Assembly: GCF_964355755.1 (NCBI RefSeq)
Contig: NC_092675.1
Span: forward strand, 2,227,812-2,291,811
DNA length: 64,000 nt
Reading direction: 5' to 3'
DNA from: Antedon mediterranea
Lineage: Eukaryota > Animalia > Echinodermata
A program made the position numbers and the translations under genes. Each line of letters opens with the position of its first letter. The stretch's first letter is position 1. Positions 12,385 through 24,913 of the stretch are shown here, piece after piece. The notes under the pieces were generated by a model. It was not told the DNA's origin and did no database searches. It saw only the letters and a list, made by a program, of their open reading frames with translations.

Positions 12385-15079
12385 TTAGTGTGTTACCTCT
12401 CTGATTTTATAAACATATTTGCTTTAATTATGAGGAAAGAAACATTGATCACATACCTATATCCATTTCTGATCTTAAGGCAAATATTGCAGAGAACAGT
12501 TTACGATAAACAAATTCTGGAACTATTCACAGATATTAATTATCTGGTAATTTTCAATAAAATAAACCTATAATAAACTAACGTCATTCGTCAGTAAACT
12601 TATTATTGGTTTATGAATTTGTTTTCACTTAAATTATCTTTCTTTTTTTTCTTATCAAGGGATCATTTCCGATCTCTCATATAAAATTATGTTTGTTAAA
12701 TTTTCAAAACTTACATAAACACTAGTATATAAATGATACTGAAAGATTTAATTGGGTGTTTTCTTGCATGGAATATATGACAACATTTACAAAGCCTTGT
12801 CTCAAATGTTTCCCTATGGATGCATTTATAATCACATGTCAAATTGACAAGGATAAACATCTGAAGAAATTGCTGAGGAAGGAAATTTATTTATCCTTTG
12901 ATGAGCATGGCAATTTGTTTTATAGTTTGCAACAGCGGTTTTAAGGAGAATCAACTTTCAGGTAGCCTTTTGGGTGGGGTTCGAATCCCATACCACTTAA
13001 CATGTGTCCTTGCTCAAGAACATATTATCATATTATTGGCACAAAAGTTGATATATATCAAAAAAATGCAGAATATGTCATATTTTCCGATTTATTATGA
13101 TCATATTTCAGTATTGAATAATATTGAAATTAGAAAAAATATATCATTTGTAATATACTGTATAGTATCATACGGTACCCTAAGAAAAGGTTTGAAGAAA
13201 ATGTGATTGCATTTTAAACTACAGCAATTTTGGTAGATAAGAAATCTCAATGGAAAAGTCTGCAATCTAGGTTAGCGGCACCCTGATATGATGACAACCC
13301 TGGTAAAACTATCAAAAGAAATAAAAGTAGAAATGATTCAATTGTATACTACTATGCTCTGTTAATTGTGATGACTTTATACTATTGGATTGGTTAAAAT
13401 GACACCAATACATAGTGTTTTCAGCTCTGTGTACCAAGAAAAATCAAGAACACTGAAAATGATGTATCAAAAACAGCAACAAAATGTCCAACATACTGTA
13501 TATGTATTCATGTTCACAATATTTATATTCACAGCTCTTTTTGAAAAAAAAACCAAGCATTTTAAAGACTGTTAACGGATCTACTACTAATTGAAATATA
13601 AATGTTGTTGGTTTGCGGTTAGGCAAATTACTATTTGAATTGGTTTGTTGTTCATTTCTCACACTTTCCACTTGTTTTTTTAACTTCTTAACACTTTGCA
13701 TTACAACTCTACATAACTTTACCCTGAAAATCATTTATTAGCTAACACGGTTTTATTCAACGCATTTGGTACAATCACACAGAATGCCTCAGGGATATTT
13801 ATATTACTTATACAAGTATTTTTTTAAAGTAATCCACGGAAAGTTTTGAAATATAACACCCTTGTCAACAGATTAAGACGTTTTGTTACCGGATGTTTCA
13901 TTTGCCAGTTCCATTCAGTGAGTAGCACCCAGGTAGCTATGTCAACATTAATTTCTACAAAATATGGTATAAATAAAAAGCCTATCAAACTCCTACACAA
14001 ATAGCTTAATTCTATAAAGTCAAAAACCTGATGAGAGTGACATACTTATTTTTTCTAAAGAAGTGGCTATTATACTTTAAAAACTTGGTATTTTACTATT
14101 GCAAGGGCCATAAATGAAACACTTAAATATATTCACTTACTACACTTGACTATAAATGCTTAAGTTTAAATCAAATCACCAAACTAAAATAAAGAAAACA
14201 AACATTCTTTCATTTTCCTGTGGTTGAAATATTTTTATTTTATTTGTTTGTCTTTACTTTCATGATTTGTTCTATTATTGACCACCAGTACTATGGTTAA
14301 TACCAGCCCTGTTATTAAAGATATGTTTGGAAAAAAAATATATATATCACAGCGAAAAGTTACTGTAAAGGTAAGGTGACATAAAGTAAAAAACTAGTTA
14401 TACCTATACATTGTTTGAAGGTTTGCGTGGCAGAATCAAAATGTTGATATAAAGTTTGTGGTACACCATGTATATAGTTATGAAAAGAACTGTTGAGTTT
14501 TTTGACATTTTGATCAATATACTTTGATCGTTCTCAGAAGTGAGAAGTATAAGTGTACTCAACAGCTTTTATACTACTGTATATATATATATGGTGTACC
14601 GCAACCTTTATATTAACATAGGTAATACTATTTTACCAACACTTGCCCTGCTAATATCTATTTTGAAAAAATACTTCACCGAAAAAGGGGGGTTTGTTGA
14701 AACTACAAGTTTGACTTTCCGTAAATGCAATGGTGATGACACGTTATTATTGTATAGTTTGTACAGTACTATACCTATTGCCCTAAAAGCTTCATCCTTA
14801 CTTGTTAAACGCCAATCTATACAATTCTAACAAAATTCTTGCAAACATTATTTTAGACACAAAGCCAGGTGTTTTTCTGTTGGCTTACTTTTCCTAATTT
14901 CCGTCTCGTTCCTTTAGGCTATCAATGCAATAATTATGCGGTAAAAAAACATTTAGAATAGCTATCAACGTCTTGATTAAAAGTAAAACTGAAGTCTGTC
15001 TGTCATGGCTTATACAGTTAGGCTTTATAATAAACTCTTAGTGTTCAAACAAAATTATTTGCCAAGATTGACATCCTAA

Positions 15080-15229
15080 AGCTGTCTACAATATCAAACT
15101 TTATGTGGCCAAATATGGACATGATGATGTCATATCACTACCATATTTGAGCATATCACTACCATATTTGAGTACAACAGTACATCACTTATTTTTTTGT
15201 CAGACTAGTTTGATAGTGTAGACAGAGCT
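15080..15229. mobile_element. MITE family A copy
   Basis: Same TIRs, flanked by TAA/TTA. Confidence 0.8.
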
Positions 15230-18200
15230 TTAGTTTATTGAAAGTTTCTATTCTATCAAATAACACATGTATTCGGATATTTATGAAGCAAGGCCATTTC
15301 CACCCCCTCTGGGTACTATTGTTGAAATAATGAGAACTTAAAAGACAAATTATTGAGAATGCACGATTTAAATTTGAACTGGATTAGATTTTAGAAAAAA
15401 CTTGACTGGTGGGTGGGAAGGAAATTGGTGCACTGATTCCATAATAACAAAGATATACTGGAATTGAGTGCTGGTACGTACACATCGGAGCTAAAACGTA
15501 CAAAAACATGTGTACAATTTAAAGGAGAAGAAAAGATATAATATTATGAAATTGTAACACAAATGCATTTGCTTGTTTTTTTTATTATTAAATAAAAAAA
15601 CTCCAACAAAACTATATATAAAATATTATATAATTGTTTTCCTGCAGCTACATGACAAAAGTAACTGTATAAAACTTTATCACACAAAGTTCGATAAATC
15701 TGGTAAAGACAGAGCTCATTGCGGACAGATGAGCAGCGCCATCAATGCTGCATTTCGAAATGACATGATCTAATTATTTAAGTAGAATTTTGTTGAATGC
15801 GCATACTACGAATCCGCTTTTATTTATAGTTTTATACACTTTGGTCTATTTGGAAACAATAAATTCAAATAACATACTGTACAGTAATTGGTACGACATT
15901 CGGTTGTGTTGAAAAATATAGTAAGATTTTCAGACTTTTTGGTTTCGAATTTAAGAAACAAAAATTTATGGTAGCATTGCTGTAAATCAAATTAAATTTA
16001 TGTAGTTAGATACTTGAATCATGACTGTATTTGTTTTTGTTGCAAATAAACATGATTATAGCATGTAAGAAAACCATAAAAGTCGTTTATGTTTATATCT
16101 ATCTACCTAGGGAAGGTCTAAAAGTAGTTCAGTGTATTTTGTGCAGTGATGTTAGAAATTCCTTCTCAGAAAAGGAGTGAAAAAGTACAATATTTAACGG
16201 CATAACATTGTATGAAATCAATTTATGAAATGATTAATCAGTAGGCCTAGATCCCAAACAATGTAAATTATATTGTTAACAACTTACAATCATTGATATA
16301 ATCTACAAAATAATACATAACTTTTCAAATTGAATTAAACAGAGGCAAATAGCCAAAAATAAGGTCTTATTTGACCATGAACTTGACGCAAACTTTTTTA
16401 AAGATTATTTAGTGAGTGCTGTGTAATGCTAGATTACTTAATAAGGATGAATTTATTAACGACAGACGCATGACATTAACATGTCTGTTGATTTGAACTA
16501 CGCAAGAACACTAATTTCTACAAGCTATTACTGTACAACAATTTAGGAAAATAAGCAAAATTTACTTTGTTTACTAAAAGTTTCTCTGTCTTTATATTTC
16601 GTCTTAGGTAAGGTTCCTTGTACTTTATTGATCACAGAACTTAAGTTGAAATTTTTTCCTTTCAGAGGTAAGGATAGGACATGGAGGTATACGGTTACTT
16701 ACTGTGTGTTTTACATATCACGTAATATTTCTGCATTTTATTTTTCAACCCCAACCCAACATTGTCATGTTCCAATCTAGGCTTTCTAGGTTATTGGGCC
16801 ATATTATTTAGGTTATCAGACATGTCATATTCTAGAACTGAAATAATACTTTAAATAGGGAAATATAGAGAGATGTACAGATGATTCCAAGATTTTTTCT
16901 TTTTTTTTAATTGTGATTCTTAAACCACTAAGTTTGATATTCTCCTTGAGAATAAATTATTAAATTTCCAAAATTGATTAAATATTTACTGCTTAATATA
17001 TATTTTAATATTATTTTATTGTGTTAAATTTAATGAGGAGGTCCTAAATTATAAAGGTTATAAAAAGCTTCCTAGTTGTCATGGACCATTAGTAGTTAAT
17101 TGTGAGTCTTTTGTGTTTAGTGTGTACCGGCAAATTAATCTTTCCTAGTGCTGGGGTTTGCCATCCTGTGTTGAAATAATGGTAAACTTCCAGTGTCCTT
17201 AACCCCAGGTGACAATGCACTTTTGTCTTACTGAACAGGTTGGTGCAAAAAAGGTTGGTAATAAAAATTAATATTTTGCCATTGTTAAAATCACTGTTTG
17301 ATAATCTGTAAAGTATTGTTTTCTCTACATAATCATAATTCTCCTTTCTTCCTACTTAGTTTATAATTGGACTGTGTCTGTAAATTAATAATAATAAGAC
17401 TATTATATCATCGTACACTTACATAATCCTAATATATTATGTTTAATGGTAAATGTTTTCCTTCAAAATCATTTATAAACATTTTGTTTTATTCTGTACC
17501 ACATTGCGTTATCTCTCTCTAAAATTTTGCATCCTAAAATACTCAGAAAAACTTAAAAAGTACTTATCTGGTGATATTATATTTATCACAAAATTGATAT
17601 ATACATAATAACAAAATTAGGTCAGTGAAACACTGTACTTTACAGTTGAAACTTGTTGGGATACTTTCAAAATTAGTACTGATAATGATAGTGTGTTACA
17701 CCTGCCAAGCCAGGCCCTGCCCCAGGCAAATCTGTCTCTTGGAAGTAATAATATTTCATAGTGAAATATGTCATTGCATGTTACAAATTACTGTAGCCAC
17801 ACAAGTACAAGTAGACACTCCAAGCAATGAAATACAAGTCATCATGATATGATTTCATTAGGTGTATTCGATTGGAAACCTTTGGGCTTAACGGAAAGTC
17901 AGTTACATTTAATAATTTTAGAATAAACCTATTTGTTGAATTAGATAGTACTTAACGTTTGTACTAAATCATAACTCAATGTTAATATTATAACATTAAC
18001 AATATTAAAGCCATGTAAGTCAACTGAAATCAGTCTATGACATTCTGATGTAAACAATATTGAGGATGGTTAGCATGCAAAGTATAACTATACTAATAAC
18101 AACAAAGTTAAATAGGCAGTCTAGGATGTAAATTACATGATTGTGGTTTACTTTAACATTTTGAACAAATGTCATGATTTCTATTGCTAAGTACTGCACA

Positions 18201-19262
18201 TTAACTATCAAGTTTGGTATGACAACTGATGAATGATATTAAAATTCCTTGCACATAATATAGTACTTGATCACTAGCAGGAATTAAACCTAGGATTATT
18301 AAGGCACACATGTACAGTACCATGACACAGTGCTAGTACAAATCTTGTTACATTGAGTATTATGAATTGTTGTTAGTTTTTTTAAAAATGCAATCTTTTC
18401 TATCTATGCTTCAATTTTATTTCATAATTTGTTCAAAACGTGCAAGTCATTTTTTTTTACTGTTTTTTAAATGTCATTTTTCCGCTTAGGGACAAGGACA
18501 AAATTTCTAAAAAATAAACTAATTTTAACACTATAATTGATGGTTTATGATCTAATATACATAAAATAAAAACATTTTCATAAAACACTGGCAATATTTT
18601 ACAACTTTCTAGTAAAATTACTTTATCAACCACATTTCTTTCAATCTTAAAACAAAAATGTGTGCAATTATTTTTTATTTTTTGCCTTAGGATTATCAAG
18701 AAATACCAGTCACCTTTTCATTCATTCACTTTACCCTATATGATTGTATACTACTATAACTCTTGATTTGCAACCAATCATTTAACTTACTGTGAGAGCT
18801 AGATCATTAGCTGACAATTAACCTTTGAAAATCTCTTGTCATTTTAGAGCATCTTTGGTAAAAACATGTAAACCATTAATCCTGATTCCTCTCTGTGAAG
18901 AGGTTAAAGTTCACCCCCTTGTTTAAAGTGATCATATTCAGAATAATTTTAGAAATGAATTGAGTGATGGCCAACCCCTACTAAAGGGACACTTTGTTGG
19001 GTCATAAGTTACTTATTGATGCACCAGGTATCTAAGATCCGGATTTGTTCATAATAATGCCATTTTATTAGTCATCTAATAAGTATATGTGCTAACATTT
19101 TTATGGTTGAACATACTTTAAGTTTTTCACCTGTTTGTACCTGCACAAGCGAGTTGACCAATGAAAGTTTGAATAATCCATCACTTTTAATTGGTCGAAT
19201 TTTGTGCGTTACACTTAGGTCCTCACGTTGCTTTCTAGTTAGTTTACCTCTATACTATATTA

Positions 19263-19393
19263 AGCTCTGTCTACACTATCAAACTTACAGTATGTGACAA
19301 AAGAGTGTGATGTGCCTAAATATGGTAGTTTTATGCCTAAATATGGTCATGATATGACACCATCACATAAAGTTTGATAGTGTAGACAAGGTT
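19263..19393. mobile_element. MITE family A copy
   Basis: Same TIRs, flanked by TTA/TAA. Confidence 0.8.
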
Positions 19394-20303
19394 TAAGACT
19401 ATTTATACTTAATTAAGCTATTAAAAAAAATTGTTGCTATAATTTGAAGGTGGTCACATTTAATTCTGTATAATAGATTAATGTGTATTTTTAACCTCAA
19501 AATAAATAATAATGATGAATTTTTACTTAATTATTTCCTCTTATACCAATAACAATATTTACCCTGGCCTTTACCAAATATACAATTTAACAAAATCCAT
19601 CAATACCAGTGTTGCAATTGTCACTTGAATTTTGTTAACACTTTGATCAGGGGGCTTAAAGTGCTATAGCCCAGACAGGCTATTTTGTAGGCAGATTCAT
19701 CAATGTCATTATAGGTTTAAAGGCTAAGTGCCAGTGGATTTATCGTTTAATCCTAAAAGAACTTAGGATATAGTATATAGTATAGTATAGTATAGGATTA
19801 TGTTGAATCAATGATTGTATGAAAGTTTTAGAGTTGTTATATAATAATATCACAATAATGTTGAAATGTTAATATTGGTTGAATTGGTACTTATGCTACC
19901 ATACACAAAGTCAATAAGTCCTGGTAGTGGTACAGGTGCAAAACTGTAAAAGCTTATTACACTAGGCTTTCTACAGTAAGTTTCTGATCCAATTTCTGTT
20001 TCGTTTCATCATCCTTCATTCAAAAATTATAAAAAAACAGTAGGAAAAAAAAAAGAACACTGTACATGCATAGCTTAGCACCTGTTGTATAATAACCTAT
20101 ACTGTACATATGAATTTGGATAGTATCAGTTCACTTTTGGTGTACTTCCAAATTTTGGCTAAATAATTGAACTTAAAAGAATTTTATTTATCCATTGAAT
20201 GATATCAGTGTATGTATTCCACAGTTTAACAGGTATATCTCTGAGATATCACTCATAAAAAATTCAAGTTGGTATACAAAATAAATAACACAATTCAACT
20301 TAC

Positions 20304-20572
20304 TCATTGACAACCTTGTAGGCCCGAAAACTGCTGTAATATTATTGGCCGGGCAATTCCATCGCTCCATTTTAAATTGTTTCTTACATTCTTTAATCGC
20401 CGATATTGCGCCCTCTAACACATTTGGGATGAGGTCTGGATGAAGAAGACATAGACGTCGCTGGCGTTCATTTAGCCATGTGTGTTGTTTGCAGAATTTG
20501 ACGGTTTCCATTGAATTATAGTGAGGCACAACATCATACTTGCTGGGTGGTTCTGCATAAACTGTCCTTAAA
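20304..20572 (-). CDS. WntA: Wnt ligand (WntA-like), coding exon 2
   Basis: Acceptor ctttatag and donor A|GTAAGT. Encodes the Wnt N-terminal motifs C..WLNERQRRLC..P.LIPNVLEGAISAIKECKKQFKMERWNCP. Length 269 nt (1+267+1). Confidence 0.9.
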
Positions 20573-22257
20573 CTATAAAGATCAATCATAATCAATAATT
20601 AGTAAATTAATATGAAAAAAAATATATTTTTCCTATCCTTAATAGGAGCAGAATCAGTTGTAACCAAAAATTTACAGTGCATAACTAACTTATAAAATTC
20701 CATAAAAATTATACTAGTTAGTTTAAGGTAAAGAAAACTAAATAGGAGGGAATTAAAAAATTTAGAGGGCAACTAAACTAAATCTTAGACCTTAGTTTCT
20801 CTGTGGACAAACAACTGTTTTTTTATTCTGTGAGCACTGAAAAGACAGGGTGCATTTGTTATAATTAACTTGGTGTGAATTAGATCCAAGTTATTCGGGT
20901 CTCCTTCAAGTTTTTTAATCGAAAAGAAGACTTTGGTGAGAAAAATGTTTGTATAGTTAAACAGATTTGAACTTGGAATCATGTTGAGTGCAAGTCAAGT
21001 ATGTCATAACAAACCACAATATTGAAGTATACAACTGTTATCTAGTTTTAAATTCAACACCCCACATTTTCCAGATGACAATAATATTATTTTTAATTTA
21101 TTTTTAGTTTGTTTTTGCAAGAGGTACACTCCTGTATGTCCAAGGGAGACTGATGTATATCATAGGTAATTTAGATGTACAAGCTGAAATTACCAATGCA
21201 CTAACAGTAATCTGTTATCAGTAATATGTGATACATACAACGAAGCATGCATGAAAAAGCATGATTAAAATTTAAAAACACAAAAGTGTTTGAATACAGA
21301 TAATTTGGTTGTCCAGTATGAAATGACCCATTGTCCAGGCTGAAATGATCCACTCTCCAGAAAGGAACTACCGTTGGGGAAATCTAGGACTTCATAAACT
21401 AGGGAACACTAACCATAACATTATTAATAGTCTGTAAAAATATAGATGTCAACAAATAGTTCATAATTCCATCCTTAGCCCCTGGACCAGCCCCTGGACC
21501 AATGCACTAATAACAAGTATTATTCACAATATTATATTATTATATATTTATTATGATTTTAAAAAATACTGATGTTGCAAGGGAAAAAAGATTAATCTTT
21601 TTCAATATCATTCCCAAAAGTGTGAACATAAAACAGAGCTTAACACTTTTTGTGTCTGTCATAAATTTAAAGTTCTAACATGATTATCTGTGTGACATAT
21701 GATACTTAAAATGACTTGCACTATATTTGATTATTACAAAGTATGATTCATAAAACAGTGATTTCTTCACATTGAATTATCATTAGAACTATAACTTAAA
21801 GAATTATGATAGAAGTTTAGTTTAAATCTATTATATTATTAATACTGAAGATTTCTTTTCTTTTTTATTTCCAGTTGAGCTTGAGGATGATAATAAATAC
21901 GTCTTACCTTTACCTTATGATTGGGGTCATAGCCAAGACGTCATCAACATGGTGGTGCTACAAAATAGGGCTAGATAGACTTAGGCCTAAGGATTAGTAG
22001 CTAGCCTGGGCCTGGTAGTATGCACAGGGGCCTACTTAGTTAGCTAGGCCTAGGCTAGAGAGGCGTCTAGTTAGGTAGATATGCCTTAAGTCTACCTTCT
22101 CTAATTCTTATACCTTTTCTTTAATAAAACCACCTTTGTATGCTACGTTTCTGTGATCGTTTCTGTTATCAGATTTCTTTAGAAATCATATAAACATTTA
22201 GTCTCATAAGATTTCCTCGGTGGTTTAAAAATTAACATCTTATTTAGCAACGACTTA

Positions 22258-24913
22258 CAGTCGAGACGCAGAGTGCTCAAATGACCGTTAAATCGCTAAT
22301 TTTCCACTGCGCATGCGCCATTTTTATACCAGGAAGTAGAAATTGTTTACACTTAGCGACGAACCGCGATGAATTTTTGCATGGAAGAGCCTTCAGAAAT
22401 CCAGTAAAATTTCACCAATCAGGAACCTAATTCACTTGCCAAATATGGTAAAGGCTTACCAAATATAGAAAGAATCTTCCCGCCGACTTTTTTTCGTATA
22501 AAACGACGGACATTTAAATCGGCGTCCATTTTTCGAAATCGTAGCTGTCGAGGGCTCACGTGAGGTAAGTTTTGATTCTTGTTTGTTTTGGTTTGAAACA
22601 AACCAGCCGATTTTTTCTTCACAAGCCAAAATTAATAACATTCTAGTATGTGTTCAATACACATATAATACATATTTTGAGAAAGATTTGGCTCTGTTCA
22701 TTCATGAGAACTATTAAAATTTAGTGCAAGTTGAGCAGTCACTTTTTTCGGGCCGCCGCCATCTTTGTATGTATTCCTTAGCTATATCGTAGATAGCGCC
22801 TGTGCTTTAGCAGATCAATCTTTACCAATCACGGGGCTTTGGTTTGACATATTCGGTTTTGATCGACTATTTATTGATTATCACGCAATTATAATGTTAT
22901 TTGAAGTTATATTTTGGGGAAATTTGTAATTATAAACTGAATAAAATACATTGAGATTTCGGTCTGTATATAGAAATAGGGCCGGTCTACTGTAACTAGT
23001 AGTAGGGCGGATCAACTGTCCACTAGGGCTAGCTAGGCCGATCTGTTTAGAAGTTTCCTATATAGTTATTTCGTACGGATTGAACTATTAGTAATTACCC
23101 TATGCTATTGGAACTAAATTTGTAATTTTTTGTATTATATGCACCTAGGCCTAGTCCCAGCTGTAGAGCATACTATCTAGGCCTAGCAGCTAGTCAGAGA
23201 AGAGCCAGTCAGCCGGCTCCTGTCCAGGCTATTATGCTGATGCTAGGCCAGCTGGAGTGTTCAACACTCGGCCAGAAATCGATGGTACCAAGCTCACCAG
23301 ATGTACTAAAATAAACCTATAAAGGAAGTATACAATGAGACTGTAATATTTTCTTTTTATTTTATTTTGCAGGTGTTTGGATGCCAGCGTTTGATCACCT
23401 CAATTAGTCAGCATACCGTATCAAGCCAGAATGTCTGCTTACTGTTGTGAACCAACTTTCATGTGCATTTACTACGCCAATTTATATCAAGTTTAATATG
23501 TGTGCTATGTAAATAAGTTATAGAACTATATGATATATTTGATTTTATTTAATAATATTATAATAATTAGATTTGTTTGTCTTAGAATAGTATAAAAATA
23601 GTATTTTTACATGCAGTATAATTTTGAAAGTATTTATGCCAATACTTTGCCATAAAAAAATAAAAACATCTCGTTACATTCTGCATTGTCTAGGATTAAT
23701 TTCAATAATAATAATATAGGTGCTATTTAAAAACAAAAATTTAAGAAATTTCAGCAGGTGGCTGGTTTCTGTTTTGTTTTTATATTCAATTTCCATTTTA
23801 TTGGAAATTACTTAATCCAAACTAATTTAAATAAGTTTATAAACCAGTATTTGTTCCAGTTATATTGCCGTATAACTTTCATCATGGTAGTGTAAATATT
23901 GTATAGTGCATAATAATTACAGTATATATATTTATTTATTTTATCAGCATTTAACTTCTATCTAGTCTTTTTAAATGTTATCGTATTTATGTTTAAATTC
24001 GTGCTGCATAATTGTATTAGGTTACATGTTTCTCAGTTCTCCAAAATATACCAAAGAGATTCATTCAGTTAAAATTACACTTTTAATGTTTTATAACTCT
24101 ACCAGAATCATTTTTGTATATTTTAGGAATGAGTTATGATGAGTTATGAGTTGAAATAAAATAAAGTATAATTTAAAAAAATTCTTCTTTGTGTTTTATT
24201 TTTATTATTTAGTTTTTGAAGAATTTGTGGTGTGATGATTGCAGTGATGGATTGTGCATTGTAAATTAATATTTATTAATTAATAACAATAATAAATGGA
24301 ATTTAAAATTAAATCACATAAATACTGTAATGCAGTCGGACCTTGACAGTTTTTATTAAAAGCAGTCTGGTTCCCCTACGACTAATGCCATGACGTCATT
24401 TTAAGCCGTCTGGTGCTGTAAGGCTATTGCCATTACGTCATTTCTCTCGTCGGAAAATGGCTGCTATTTCAGAATTCATTCGCTTCACTCAAACGAATCC
24501 AGCCGTTTTTTTCTTCAAGAGAGTTTAACGATTTCCTTTGGTAGAAATGTTTGGAATATATATTTACGTCATATACCTAAAATCCGTGACTGTTCATACG
24601 ATTTTCAGTGAGTTATTAAATTTTTTTCGACTAAAGTTACTCATCACTACGCCAGTCGCCGCTAGCCTACGCTAAGGTCGCCACAAACTTTCACTTGGCT
24701 AGGCTAAATATGATCGAATTTTTGAATTCTATACAGGTAAAATCCTTTAAATATTATTTATAAATACAAAATACCCTGTAAATCGTTAATAAAATCTCAT
24801 AATTTTACACGGAAATTCAGAACTTTTTTCTCTCGATCGCCGGTAGCAATGGCGGCGATTCAAATTTCGAGATTGTGATAATTTCGAGGTCACGCAACTC
24901 TGCGTCTCGACTG
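22258..24913. mobile_element. TIR-bounded non-autonomous DNA element (CAG...CTG termini, TTA duplication; Academ- or Harbinger-like)
   Basis: Exact 17-bp inverted match CAGTCGAGACGCAGAGT at 22258-22274 and 24897-24913, with TTA immediately outside both ends. Subtermini are CpG-rich and there is no transposase ORF. Confidence 0.6.
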
